From contig OX597815.1 of the NCBI GenBank assembly GCA_951406725.2, forward strand, positions 45,570,001 to 45,634,000: 64,000 nucleotides of DNA, read 5' to 3'. The DNA is from Octopus vulgaris. Lineage: Eukaryota. This document shows, piece by piece, positions 37,744 through 51,545 of this stretch. The position numbers and the translations under genes are program-made. A model generated the notes under the pieces. The model was given only the letters and a program-made list of their open reading frames with translations. It had not been told where the DNA came from and did not search any database. Position 1 is the first letter of the stretch. Every line of letters starts with the position of its first letter.

Positions 37744-38186
37744 ACAGTTCTATATTTAAGAGATGAGGAATTATGTACATTATTTACATTCGACGGATAT
37801 TTGTCCTCATCTTGTTTGTTGTTAACACAACATTTCAGCTGATATACCCTCCTGCCTTCTTCAGATGTCTTGGGGAAATTTCAAACCGGGGTTCTCATTC
37901 CTAAGGTATTTTTCGATATTGCTGTTGTTATTGTTATTATTATTATTGTTGTTGTTATTTTTATTATTATTATTATTGTTGTTCAAGTCACTGCTTGACT
38001 TGAACAATAATAATAATAATAATAATAACAACAACATCATCATCTAAAAATACCTTAGGAATGAGAACCCAGGTTCAAAATTTCCCCAAGACACCTGAAG
38101 AAGGGTGGAGGGTATATCAGCCGAAACATGTTAACAACAAACAAGATGGGGACAAATATCCATTGAATGTAAATAATGTAAATAAT
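37744..38186. mobile_element. Fold-back Penelope-type element with two degenerate hammerhead motifs
   Basis: 37770-37990 is the near reverse complement of 37996-38186; each arm has GACAY-CTGAAGA-stem-GAAA. Confidence 0.8.
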
Positions 38187-38237
38187 GAACAACTTTCTTG
38201 TTTAAAAATAATATGTATATGTAAATGGCAGCTGTGC

Positions 38238-38281
<44 letters not shown>

Positions 38282-38564
38282 TTGTCTGGACATCACGTGA
38301 TAGTTGTAAACCAGTGTCCTTCGTTTCCAATTTTCTGTGGAAGTATTTTTATCCATTTGGAAATATCACTTTGCTCAGAAACCAGTGATGGTTGGTAACA
38401 AAAAGAGTATCTGGGCAATAGCAAAATGTTCCTCAACAAATCCTATCTGATCCATGAAAATATGGAAAATTAGATATCAAAGTAATGATGAATAATGATG
38501 ATTTTTGCTAAATATCTCCCTTGGCTGTTTAAGGATTATGTTCTTCATAATCTATACTATGCAG

Positions 38565-38685
38565 ATTAAACAGAAAGGATAATAGCATTGGACGAGATTA
38601 TATATTACCTGATTACACAAACATCCACCGTGGCTATATGAATACACTTGAAGAATCTACTGGAAAGTCTAAAGAAAATGAGCAA
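38565..38685 (+). CDS. ACTR6: ACTR6 exon 8 (LNRKDNSIGRDYILPDYTNIHRGYMNTLEESTGKSKENEQ)
   Basis: Acceptor ATGCAG, donor CAA|GTAAGT; 121 nt; DY.LPD motif. Confidence 0.94.
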
Positions 38686-38761
38686 GTAAGTATCTAACTT
38701 TTTATTTTCTTTCTTGTTAGAAATGCCATTTGTCTACAAATTATTGTTTCCTTCATTCAGT

Positions 38762-39208
38762 TTACTCTTTACTCTTTTACTTGTTTTAGTCATTTGACTG
38801 TGGCTGTGCTGGAGCACCACGTTTAGTCGAGCAAATCGACCCCAGGACTTATTCTTTGTAAGCCTAGTACTTATTCTATCAGTCTCTTTTGCCAAACAGC
38901 TAAGTTACGGGGGCGTAAACATACCAGCATTGGTTGTCAAGCGATGTTGGGGGGACAAACACAGACACACAAACATACACACACACACAAAAATATGATG
39001 GGCTTCTTTCAGTTTCCGTCTACCAAATCCACTCACAAGACTTTGGTCAGTCCGAAGCTATAGTAGAAGACACTTGCCCAAGGTGCCACACAGTGGGACT
39101 GAACCCAGAACCATGTGGTTCGTAAGCAAGCTACTTACCACACAGCCACTCTTACGCCTATCCACACAGCCACTCCTTCACCTATCCACACAGCCACTCC
39201 TATGCCTG
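38762..39208 (-). mobile_element. CORE-like SINE with triplicated 5' end
   Basis: Homologous to 8505-8897; 24-bp unit repeated three times at 39138-39208. Confidence 0.88.
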
Positions 39209-40975
39209 TTTGGGAACTTTTTGCATATATTTCTTGAAATAGTAATTTAAATGCTTATGTGGTATACCTAACTTTGCAAGGGCATTTGAGAAAATTGGTT
39301 TAGTAATTGAATATAGTCATGCAGTATGTAAGTGAGACATTATGGGAGAAATTTGAGGAACCCCTGTGACATATTAAAGAAATGAGTTAAAGTTAGTGCA
39401 GTTGCATTATATACAAGAATGGAGAACTAAAGTAACTTTCCTGAGATTATTACTTTTTGTAATAGCTTTTACAAATATGAAAAATCAAGCCCCTTCCACC
39501 TAGCTACAATCATGGCACTTGAATTAGCAAGGCTTTTAAAAGTCAGTGACAACATTAAATAATTGGAACAAAAGCATGGTATCAAATGTACAAGTAATTT
39601 TATGCGAACATGTATTTTATTGCTAAAGTCAAGCCTATATATTCTGTGAAACCATTGATATTTTTGTAATAGGTTAGTTTGTTACATTTGTGGCTATGTG
39701 GTTAAGAAGCTTGCTTTGCAACCACATGGTTTTGAGTTCAGTCCTACTGTATGGCATCCTGAGCAAGTGTGTTCAACTGTAACTCCAAGCTGACCAAATG
39801 TCTTGTGAATAAATTTGGTAGATGGAAAGTGTGTGAAAGCTTTTGTATCATCATTTAATGTCCGTTGTCCAAGCTGGCATGGGTTGGATGTTTTGACCGG
39901 GCTGGCATGCTGGAAGGCTGCACTAGACTCCAGTCTGATTTGGCATGGTTTTCTATGGCTGGATGCCCTTCCTAGTGCCAACCACTCTGAGAGTGTAATG
40001 GGTGCTTTTACTTGCCGCCAGCACAGGTGCCATTTGCATAACACCAGGGCGCTTTTATATGGCCACATCAAGGACCACATCAAGTTCCATAGTCTGTTTT
40101 GACTTGGTTTCTATGGCTGAATGCCATTCCTAATGTCAACCACTTTACAAAATGTACTAGGTGCTTTTTATGTGGCACCATCACCCGTGCTTTTTACATG
40201 GCACCAGCACCCACACCAATGCTTTTTATGTGGCTATTTGTTTTTAGGATCTCAATTCTGTTCTGGTGGGCAGGTCTTCTTGAGTACAACCACATATCTT
40301 GGCTTTCTTGAGTACACCACATATCTTGGCTTTCTGTCATCTCCTTCATAAGGTTCAGTGTTTTGAGATTGACCTTCAATACTTTATCCTATGCCTTCCA
40401 GAGTCTCCCTCTTCTACAACTTCGCTCCACTTTAAGTGATATATATGACTATATATGTGTGTGTATATGCTCAATAGGTAAGAGCTAGATAAGCTCAGTA
40501 TATAAACCACATAGTAGTGTTTGAATGAATTTGAACTTAAACTCTGACTTCTTTATCCAGGCCAAAGCCTACAGTGTCAGGAATGACTCTAATAGAAATT
40601 CAAATCAAGCTGATATGGAGGTAGTAATACAGATAAACACACTTAGGCTTGATTGATATATATATATTTACAAAAATATAAAATATGTGTTTATGTGCCC
40701 ATAACTTAGCAGTTCAGCAAAAGAGACCGATAGAATAAGTACTATGCTTATGCTTATATATATATGTGTGTGTGTATATATATATATATATTTCAATATT
40801 TAAATAATGAGGGAGATAAATTAATATTAATTTTAATATCAATTTAAAACCAGTAGTCTATCGCTGAATTTTTCCTCTAGAGAACTTTCTTTGTAGTTTG
40901 ATCGTTGATGATCTATTTCTAGCATGTGGCCAACTACCTAGCAGTCTTGCCCTGTCAATATACACACACACACAC

Positions 40976-41028
<53 letters not shown>

Positions 41029-41057
41029 TTGTGTTTGTGTGTGTGTGTATATATCTA

Positions 41058-41861
41058 CTAGCAGCATAGCCCGGCGTTGCCCGGGTATGTAAGAGCCCCT
41101 AGTAGGCAACGACTAATCCCAATCTAGTCCTTTCCCTCTAGGGAATGAAGGCGCATGTGTAGGTTGCAATTTCTTCTCTTCACTCCCAAATAACTATCAA
41201 ACAGCTATCGATAATTCAACCCAACCAATTCCTAACAGAAAGAAATTACATTTGTGACTTTACCCCCAACACCGCCACTTCTGCTAATAGCTGCTGCACC
41301 CTCAAGTTATTCAAATACTTTTTTTATTTACACTTTCTTTATAACTACCATCCCAAACGTTTGACCTTAAATTTTTGACGTACCCTAAGGGTCCTCGGAC
41401 GCTACTTGCAAACTCTTGGTTTATTATAAACTGCTTTTGTCGTGTGCATCAAAAAACCTTTTTCATTCGTTTGTTCAGTTTGGTCACTTTTGACTTTTTC
41501 GTTGTTGTCACTCACATTGCTGCCCGCTTTTTTGCCGTTTTTGTACATTTTTATACATTTTGGGATACTTACCCCACGTGTTCCGAGAGTTAAAAAGGTC
41601 GAGTTGCGTCCCCTAGACGGTCTGTAGAAAATGTGTTGCATATAAAAAGCTTAGATTCTCGACTCATGTCGAATTTATCGATTTTTTTTCAGAACTGGGG
41701 CAACTTTTCAAAATTTTCGCTGTGTTAGTTTTGAATTATGACATTGGGCTATGTGTGTGTCAAGTTTCATCAGAATCGGTTGAAAGCCGTGGTCAGGGTG
41801 AGGGTACAACCTGACAGACACACAGACAGACAAACTGCCGTTTATATATATAGAGAAGAGA
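41058..41861 (-). mobile_element. Non-autonomous Helitron (long variant of the 9025 family)
   Basis: Minus strand TC(TC)TATATATAAACGGCAGTTTG ... CCCGGGCAACGCCGGG ... CTAG. Confidence 0.88.
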
Positions 41862-43221
41862 TATATGATGGTTTTTGTTAAACTGTGTTAATTTTTACAA
41901 TTCTGTAAATAATAATAATGATATTTTGAAACCTTAAATCTTATAAGCTATCATGTATATAATATATATATATATATATATACAAACATCATCATTTAAT
42001 CTCCATGTTCCATGCTTGTTGAATGGTTTGAAGGATCTGATGGGTGCAAGGATTGCATTGCATCCGCTTTGGTATGGTTTCTACGACTCAATTCCCTTCA
42101 TTGCAGCAATTATTTTACAGTGTGTACTGGGTACATTTTTTGGTGCCACTAGCACTCGTGAGGTCCCCATGCAGCTTGTATGTCTACAAAAGCTGAGGAA
42201 CTGGGTGACGGTGTGCTTTATGGGAAATGGAGGTTAAGGTATGAGAGAAGGGTTTGGGGTCAAGAGGTTCTTGTAGAGGAGATACATGACTACTCATGTT
42301 TAGGGAAGAGAATGAAAATGAATCAGTGCTATCTCCAAAGAGATAAACAGTGGTTATGAGGTATCCAGGTGGCACCTCAAGGTACTAGGTGAGTAGAAGT
42401 GACTGGTGACAGAAGCTAGCAGTGTGTGTGGGTGGAGGTTTACAAGAGTGTATGGCAGGGGCAAGAGACAGGGTGGATGGGATAGGAGAGATAGGCAACA
42501 TCTGTATGATACATCTAAAGGAAAGCAATAGCATTAGCTCACATGGTTTATTTACATTAACTTACATGACTTATTTTGAAAATGGAACTTGCTACTGGTG
42601 AAAAAGATAATAGAGTATGCACATGCACACACACCCACCCACCACTATCACCACCACCACCACCATTTTACATTTGCTTTTCAATGTTCGCTTAGGTTGA
42701 GTGGGAACTCTACTACACAGCAACCAACCACTTACTGCATTCCTCTGTTTTCTGAAGTTCAGCATCCTGAGATCAGCTTCCTCCACTTCTGCCTATGTCT
42801 CTCTCTTTTTTTTTTTTTCCACATGAATCCCTTGGCACTTATTTACTTGGCTGTCATCATGCAGGCATATTTATATGTTTGTACCAACACAGTTGTCATA
42901 CTTGCACTCTCCCTCTGATTTTCTTGTACTGCTAATATTTCTCTCAGCTCAACTGTGCCTTCTCATTCATACACGCTAATGATTCATAACCGGCAGGGCA
43001 TGCTTGCATCATTTCTTTCCAGTCACCATGGATCATACACAAGCATCATGCAGTCAATCCTTTGCTCAAAGAGAGAACCTGTCTATTGTCAGCAGAGATA
43101 GTAGTTCCTGACTAACCTCACCTCCTAATTCTTTTAGTGCATCCTCCTCTGTTACTGAGTGGGGCACACAAGCTGCAGAAGCTATTAATGGCTTCTATGG
43201 AGCTTTCTAAGCATTATAGGG

Positions 43222-43612
43222 GCAGGTGTGGTTTTGTGGTAAGCATCTTGCTTCTCAACCACATGGTCCAGGGTTGAGTCCCACTGTATGGCACCTTGGG
43301 CAAATATCTTCTACTATAGCCTCAGGCCAACCAAAGCCATGTGAGTGGATTTGATAGATGGAAACTGGAAGAAGCTCGTCATATATGTGTGTATGTATGT
43401 CTTCTATCTGTGTTTGTCTCCCCACCACTCGATAACTGGTGTTAGTGTGTTTACATCCCTTTAACTTAGCAGTTCAGCAAAAGAGACTGATAGAATAAGT
43501 ACCAAGCTTTAAAAAACAAGTCCTGGGGTCGATTTGTTCAACTAAAATTCTTTAAGGCTGTGCTCCAGCATGGCTGCTGTCAAATGACTGAAACAAGGAA
43601 AAGATAAAAGAT
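43222..43612 (+). mobile_element. CORE-like SINE, CpG-decayed (similar copies about 47683-47885, 52985-53240, 55482-55834, 56702-57577, 58421-58600)
   Basis: Homologous to the reverse complement of 8505-8897. Confidence 0.85.
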
Positions 43613-44231
43613 TAGGAAAAATTTATTTTACTAATTCTCTGACAGGTAATTACTCCTGTGCAATTAACATACAAAGCCTGTTTGTGATCCCAGAACATTT
43701 GATATACCCATGCATTACATTGAGTACAGTGTGGAATTTCTTCTGACTCATTTGCTTTATATCAAGCACCTCTGTTTCCTTACTTACTTATACTGATACT
43801 TTAGTATTTGCTAAGTTTACACTGATTCTTATATTGGAAGTTTTCATGATCTTTGTATTGTTTTACTGGCTAGATACCTTTGCTATCATCAACCACTTCA
43901 AAGCATGGTCTAGGTATATTTTATTATGCCACCATCACTAGGCAGGTTGTCTGCAAGGAATAAAGTGTCTCTTTCTATGTTAGCATCTTCGTTATCATCA
44001 TCATTTAATGATTACTTTTCTTTGTTTGCATGAGTTGGACAGAATTTGTTGAGGCAGATTTTTTTGGCTAAGTGCTCTCTCTCTCTCTCTCTCACCAACA
44101 CTTACCACTTTCCAGGCAAAGTAATATTTTTCCATAGCTGGAAGACTGGAAATGAACAACTTGGCTTGTATAACAGTGATTCTCATTTACAACTATCACG
44201 ATATCTAGACATACAAGCATGCACACGCGCG

Positions 44232-44273
<42 letters not shown>

Positions 44274-46131
44274 GGGCTTCTTGCAGTTTCTGTTTACCAT
44301 ATACACTCAGCTTGGTAATAGTACCAGTAATAGAAAACACTGAAAGTGTCATGCAGTGGGACTGAACCCAAGCCCACATGGTTGGGAAACAAGCTTCTTA
44401 ACCACACAGCCACATTTGTGCCTATGTCAATTTTTATTTGGAGTTACTATTCTTTCAGATGGGTTGTATTCACTATGACTTAGTAGAATCCACATCTCTT
44501 CCATATAAGTATTTATTCAGAGTATTGGCTCTCTTAGATAAGGGATGTGGGAGCCTTCACTCCAATTCACAGAGCCCATGTTTCCTTTGTGCATGTATTT
44601 ATTTAGAGTCATTACTCTCCTTCCTCTTAGACAGACAGTAGGATTATCTAAGAGTTTAGTTTGCAGAATCCATGTCTCTGTACAATTTTTCATAGTTCTT
44701 GTTCTCATGGATACATTGCCTTCACTGCTACTTGTGGAGTCCATGTCTTTCTTGTGTAAACTTTCAGTGACAGCCTACAATGCTTAACTCTTTAGCATTC
44801 AGAATACTCTGTCAAATGTAATTCTTATTTATTCCCCATCATTTGTATTAATCATGAATTATCTCATAGCTTCAAGATTTCAATGATATGATTGTTTGCT
44901 TTTAGAATCACATTGTAGGGAAGGTGAAAGATGCTGAACCTGGCTGGTTTGATCATAAAACACATGAAATATTTTGGGCTGGATTTGGCTGGTTTAAATA
45001 TTAAAGGGTTGAAATTACAGTTGTAGATTGCAGTGTGTCAAAGCTGGAGGAGAGATGAGAGGGAGGGTATGAAGGAGAAGTGGGTAAAAGAAGGACACAA
45101 GGAAAGAGCTGGGGTAGAGGAGATAGTCATACAAGAAAAAAGGGAATGTGGATAGAGAGTAGAGGGGTTGTGTGATAAGGAGTGGGGAGAGAAAGAGAGG
45201 TATGTGTGAGAGAGTAAAAAGAGGAAACAAGAAAAGGCAGATATACATCAATAAAGTATGAAAGGGCTGCTCTGATATTGTATAGTTTAGTAGGAAACGA
45301 GGAATGGAATTATAAAGATAGGTGTAGGTGGCGTAAAAAAAGAGGACAGGTAAAAGTGCAAGAAGAAAGTACATGTGATACAAGTCAGGAAGAGGGGACA
45401 TAGGATATACCTTCTGTTGAGAACGAGAATATTTACATGGCTTGACTACATAGTTTAATTGCTAAGGGAGCCCGAATTGATAAGCTTCATAGACTTTGGT
45501 ATGTGAGAGAAAGGTTAAATCAAGACTACAAGAGAGAAATACAGATAGGCAAGGCTGAGCGTGAGAGCTTTGCAATGGTGACCATGCATAATTTGATAAC
45601 CAAGGAAGCAAATCTGGGGAAAGGTAAACAGTAACATATAAATAAAATAATAAGCAAATATGATAATTGTATGTCAACAGAATAAAATCAGAATGTCTTT
45701 AGCTGCCTGACTGCTTAACATTCATCATATAGAATGAAGAAACTGATAGATAAAGAAGGCCATGAATGTTATAAAAAAGTAATGAATTCTGAAAATTCTG
45801 AAATCATATTTCAAAACATATCTTGGACAGGCATTATTGAAATAATTTGAATGCTAAAGGGTTAATTATAATGACTCCAGTGCTCAATTGGTACTTATTT
45901 TATTAATCCCGAAAGGACAAAAGGTAAAGTCAACCTCCATGATGTTTGAACTCAGAATAAAACTCCTGGAAGAAATGTTGCTTTGCATTTTATCTCTTGT
46001 GATAATGATTCTACCAGCTTGCCATTTCAACACAAAACACAATTGAATTAAACTTGAAACCACATGGTTTTGAAGTGAGCTTCTTAAACACCAGGATACA
46101 ACCATACCTACACTCTTATAGAAGAGAGAGG

Positions 46132-46167
<36 letters not shown>

Positions 46168-47959
46168 CACAAAACAAATGAGAGAGAATTTGGAAGACAG
46201 CCAGAAAGTAGGTTGATCAAAGCAAATCTAAGTATAACTATAAAACTGAATTATATCTTAGTAAACTTGTCACTTGTGAAATTGTATCTACATTGTTTAA
46301 ACTAGTCCACAAGTAAACAAGATGGACAGAACAAAACCAAAAGCATTTAACTGCTATTTCATTATTTTTAATTGGTACTTGTCAGTTTTATGTGTATGCT
46401 ACCACAATATGATTAGTAGTTTCTCTGTATCTTAACTATGAGTGGCAGGCCTCACATGCCACCTGACTTAATGCTACCATATTGTCCTTGCATGCCATTA
46501 ATAATGGTTGGGAAGGTCACACTGTTACAGGTATTTAGATCAACATTTCACTCCTCACCCATACTTTTCCAGTGAACTTTGACCTGCAGATGTTCAGGAT
46601 GAGACATTAGCCACAACAATCCCGCCAAAAGGTGGAGGGCCTTTATAAGTTATAAGTGTTGCTTTTCCTCTTCTCCCTTGACTGATTTACCAAAAAAGAA
46701 TATAAATTATGATAAAATTTACATATGAAAATATATTCTGACTATTACCTTTTATTGCATTTTAGCAGTTCTAATGCGTTCTCTGTCTGTCTCTGTCTCG
46801 CTCCCTCTCTCTCTATTTCTCTCTCTCTCTCTCTATATATATATATGGCTTGGTTTTTTCTTGGGGCTGGCCGGGTCGGAGTAATATCGAGATTAAACAG
46901 CCGAAATTACTAAGATGATCCGGTTCCCAACTGAAGATTAGAGGCTTCGAGTGACCCGTCTGTTTTTTTGTGTCGTCTCCTTGTGTGTTTTTGCGTTCTT
47001 GTCCCACTTTGTAATTTATATTTTATATTTAATTTCTATACATATATATATATACACACACATAATTGTTAAACATGATGTCAAACATTAAGGCAAGGAG
47101 GCAAACATCTCAAGTCATATACAATATCATTATAGGAAGAAATTCAAAATCTTGCAGCTGCTTCTGGGATATCCCCAAGTAAGGGATATTCTGTCATCAG
47201 AGACAAATAGGGAGGAAAAATATGGAAAATGAGAATGGTGTATATCAATAAGATGACAACATAGAGGAAGGGAGTAAAAGAGTAAAGAGATGGAAAGAGA
47301 GGAGAAAAAGAAGCATAAAAGTTCATAGTTCAACTTTCTGAAGTTATAGAAACCAGAGCATGAGTCCTTAGGCTCTATTTTTTTTCACTATTTTCCTCTA
47401 CCTCCCCATCTTCCCTCTCATCTTCTTAGCTACCCCCTACACAATTCTTAGACACCATACACATATGCACCTTACTTTATCCTATAGCCAATCCTTAAAA
47501 TCTCCACTACCTCACTCTATCTACCTCTCTTTCTATTTAGTTTCTTTTCTTTACTTTTACCATTTAATAGCCACCTCTGCTACCATTCTGTTATTGAACA
47601 GTTTCTACTTGATTGCTGGTGCTCTAAATTATGTATGTTTGATACTTTTAAATATACTTTAAAGTTTAAAAAGTAATTCAACAGGCATGGTTGTGTGGTT
47701 AAGAAGCTCTCTTTGTAGCCACATAGTTTCAGGTTTAGTCCCACTGCCTGGTACCTTAGGCAAGTGTCTTCTACTATAACCCTGGGATAACTGATGTCTT
47801 GTGAATGAATTTGGCAGAACCCTTCAAGGCAGTGCCCCAGCATTGCTGCTGTCTAATAACAGAAACAAGTAAAAAATGAAAGATAACAACAATATTCATG
47901 TTATTATTAACTTCACAATTATTAATGTTTGTTTATTTTCCTCTATTTTCTTGTTCTAG

Positions 47960-48083
47960 TTAATCCGAGTAAATAACGAACGGTTTTCTGTCCCCGAGAT
48001 ACTTTTCCACCCATCCAATGTTGGAATAGAAGAAATGGGAGTTGCAGAAACAGTGGCACATATTTTAAGTCTTGTTTCAAAAG
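47960..48083 (+). CDS. ACTR6: ACTR6 exon 9 (LIRVNNERFSVPEILFHPSNVGIEEMGVAETVAHILSLVSK)
   Basis: Acceptor TTCTAG, donor G|GTTGGA; 124 nt; actin-family NERF.VPE.LF.PS motif. Confidence 0.96.
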
Positions 48084-48167
48084 GTTGGATTACTATTATC
48101 AATAACATTTGTTTAATATTTGTTTGTATGTCTTACAATTGTATAAGTTTGATGTTAAGTTATTTAA

Positions 48168-48377
48168 CCCTTTCGTTATCAACCCGGCTGAAACCTCCTC
48201 TGACTCTGTAGTACAAATGTCTTATTTTCATAAGTTTTGAATTAAAATCTTCCACCAAACCTTAGTCACAATTTATGTTCCTAATGACAACTAAGTTATT
48301 TTGCTAAATTCTTTGTTATATTTAAAGTAATTGATAGAAACACAGAGCATCTCAAAATAAATACAGAAATGAAAGGG
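48168..48377. mobile_element. piggyBac-type MITE (210 bp)
   Basis: TTAA-CCCTTTCGTT ... AATGAAAGGG-TTAA; inverted copy at 60793-61011. Confidence 0.88.
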
Positions 48378-51300
48378 TTAATTCTTAAAAATCTTGTGAT
48401 AACATTTAATTGTCTAGATTTATTTTAGTGTTGTTTTTTTTTTTCAAAAACTATTTTACGCAAAGGCTTGAGCATGGCTGTGTGAGAAGTTTGCGTATCA
48501 ACCTCATTGCTCTGGGTTCAGTGTCTTCTACTATAACCCCAAGCCAAAATTGTTTGATTGGCCTGGGGTTATAGTAAAAGACACTTGCCCAAGGTTCTAT
48601 GCAGTGAGAGTGGAACCCCAAACCATGTAGTTGAGAAGCAAATTTCTTAACCACACCACTGTGCCTGCACTTTAGCTTCATCATCATCATCATTTAGCAT
48701 CCATTTTCCATGTTGGTATGCATAAGATGGTTTCACTGGAGCTGGTAAGCTAGAGAGCTGCACCAAGCTCCAATCTGTTTTTGCTTGGTTTCCACAGTTG
48801 GATGCCCTTCCTAATGCCAGCCACTCCGTAGAGTGTACTGTATGTCTTTTATGTGTCACCGGCATGGGTGCCTTTTATGTGTCGCTGGTATGAGTACCTT
48901 TTATGTGTCATTAATAACAGGTGGTGAGCTGGCAGAATCGTTAATGTGCTTGGCAAAATGCTTAGTGGCATTTCGTCTTTTTTATGTTCTGAGTTCAAAT
49001 TCTGCTGCAGTCCACTTTGCCTTTCACCCTTTTAGGGTTGATAAAATAAGTACCAGTTGAACACTGTGGTTGATATAATTGATTTACTCCCGCCCTCGAA
49101 ATTGTTGGCCTTGTGGAAAAAAATTTGAAACCAATAATAAAAGCTAGGCTAGATAGGGATGCAAGATGTCAAGTACTTCCAACTAGGTAAGAAGTTGAGA
49201 ATAGTAAGCTTGTAAATGTTCTGAAATATTCCTGAATTGTAATGCAGTGAGAATTTACAAACCAGGATGTCATTGAGGAGATTAGCACCTAGTACTTTTC
49301 TTGTTAATGAGGGCAGTAAAAAGAAAGCAATATGGAAGTGTTATTTTGGAAGGTTATAGAGTGGGGAATGAAAATAGGATTGTGAAAATCTACCTGCCAA
49401 AGCAGAACCAACAAAGAATACAATTATAATTAATGAGTATCACAATTGTTAATAAAACAATCATAGAGAGAAAGGCAAGGAAAGCTGTCAGTCAATCCTG
49501 GATAGTTGGTATCAGTTTCTGTAGGTACTATGATGGTTACTTATTAGATTAACCAGGTAGTACAGAGTGATGTTATCCACCATAAAAGGTATAGCAAGCA
49601 GTATGACCATCAATTGCTACAAAACTAGGAGTAATGGCCTAATTTGGGAAAATTACTGAAGCTTAAAACTGATGGAGCTACTCATCATCATCATCATCAT
49701 CATTGTTTTAGCATGTATGTGAAATTGTAGTCATGGCTGATGCTACTGTCGTGTAACTGGCACCCAGTGGCATGTAAATAGCATCCACTACACTCTTGGA
49801 GTAGTTGGCATTAGGAAGGGCATCCAGCTGTAGAAACCATGCCAAATCAGATTGGAAACTGGTGCAACTCCCTAGCTTACCAGTTTTCAGTCAAATTGTC
49901 CAACCCATGCCAGCATGGAAAACAGATGTTAACTGATGATTGCAAAAGAGGTTCTTAACTAAGAACAAACAACTCTGCATTTGTTACACTGAATAAAGCT
50001 TCCAATGTACCAGAATCAATTTAAAGAGTTGGAAAGAAAGTTACAAAGCTGGAAGAATGATTTCAAATATGAAGTTAACATGACAAAGACCAAATTGCTA
50101 ATTTATAACAATTCTTGGTGCCAATTAGGAACTTATTTTGCTTGATATGTAGGTAGGAGTAAGAACTCGATACTAGATTCAGTATCACATACATGCACAT
50201 GCGTGCACACACACCCACACACACACACACACACACATATGTAACCCTTTAATTGACAAAACAGGTAAGGGTTGGTAACAAGAACATTCAGTTGTAAAAT
50301 CCTGCTTTGAATAAGTCTTCTGTTTAGCCTATACTAGCAAAGAAAAATGGATTTTAGATAAACAAATGAAAATACACATATGTCATCATCATCATCATTT
50401 TATAATGTCCATGTTCCCATTGGAAACAAAGCATTCTGCTCACACATGTTAAACAGAATTTGTTGAGGCAGATTTTCTAAGGCCTGATGAACTTTTTGAC
50501 GTCAACTCTTACCTGTTTCCAAGTAAGGTAATATTTTCACAGAATATTGGAAATGAAGGATACTGTTTGCGTGACGATGACATTTGTTCGCAATTATCAT
50601 GCAGTTTCTAGGCAAGGAGAAAGCAACACACACACACACACACAGAGGATTGGTTTCTTCTAATGTACAAGAATACCAGAAGTTCTCCAACGTACAGCCC
50701 TATTACATATCGATTACTTATAATATTCCCACAACAGTACCTTATACTTTTTTTGTTGTTTATGCAGAACTGGCAGAATTGTTAGCACACTAGACAAAAT
50801 AGTTAGTAGTATTTTGTCTTTACATTCTGAGTTCAATTGCTGCCAAGGTCGACTTTACCTTTCATCTTTTTGGGGGCCTATAAAGTAAGTACTAGTTAAG
50901 CACTGGGCTCAGTGTAATCAATTAGCCCCTCTGCCTCCAAATTTCAGGTCTTGTACATATAGAAGAAAGGATTATTTATGTAAACTACATTCATAGAAAA
51001 TAACAAAAATAGGAAAAGAGCTTGATTATGCTGTGGACTGACAACTAATGCTTATATATTGTTATGGTTGTATTAGAGATGGTGAAGATATATTGTACAA
51101 ACCATGGGAACATGACAAGCATTTCCATTTACTCATTTGTTTCTATATTTCTATTGAAATACACTGTGTATAGTATCATGTAAAAAGCACTAGTGCTGGT
51201 TCCATGTAAAAAGAACTGGTGATTGCCACGTGAAAAACACCAAGTACACTCTGTAAAATGGTTGGTGTTAAGAATGGCATCCAACCACAGAAAGCAAGCC

Positions 51301-51545
51301 AAAACAGATTATGGAACCTGGTGTAGCCCCTAGCCTTACTAGTTCCTGTCAAGCCATCCAATCCATGCCAGCATGGAAAACAGGTGTTAAATGATGTAGA
51401 TGAGCCCTTTTGATATATTTCTGTTGAAATACACTGTCTTTGTTTTAATTAATTTTGAAAATAATGAAAAATTAGTAAAATAACTTTGTCGTTATTAAGC
51501 TGTTATTTGGAACACAGATTAACATGAAATTTTGAAGGCAGCTTT

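Noticed and set aside
45015-45401. Leu/Phe/Pro-rich ORFs on purine-skewed tracts (also 59100..59648)
   Set aside because: Low-complexity GA-rich sequence with no recognisable domain or splice context.
46845-47035. Additional hammerhead candidates (here and CTGATGAAGGGTC on the minus strand near 54563-54575)
   Set aside because: Probably Penelope-related fragments, but I could not assemble a complete core with both CUGANGA and GAAA closing a stem II.
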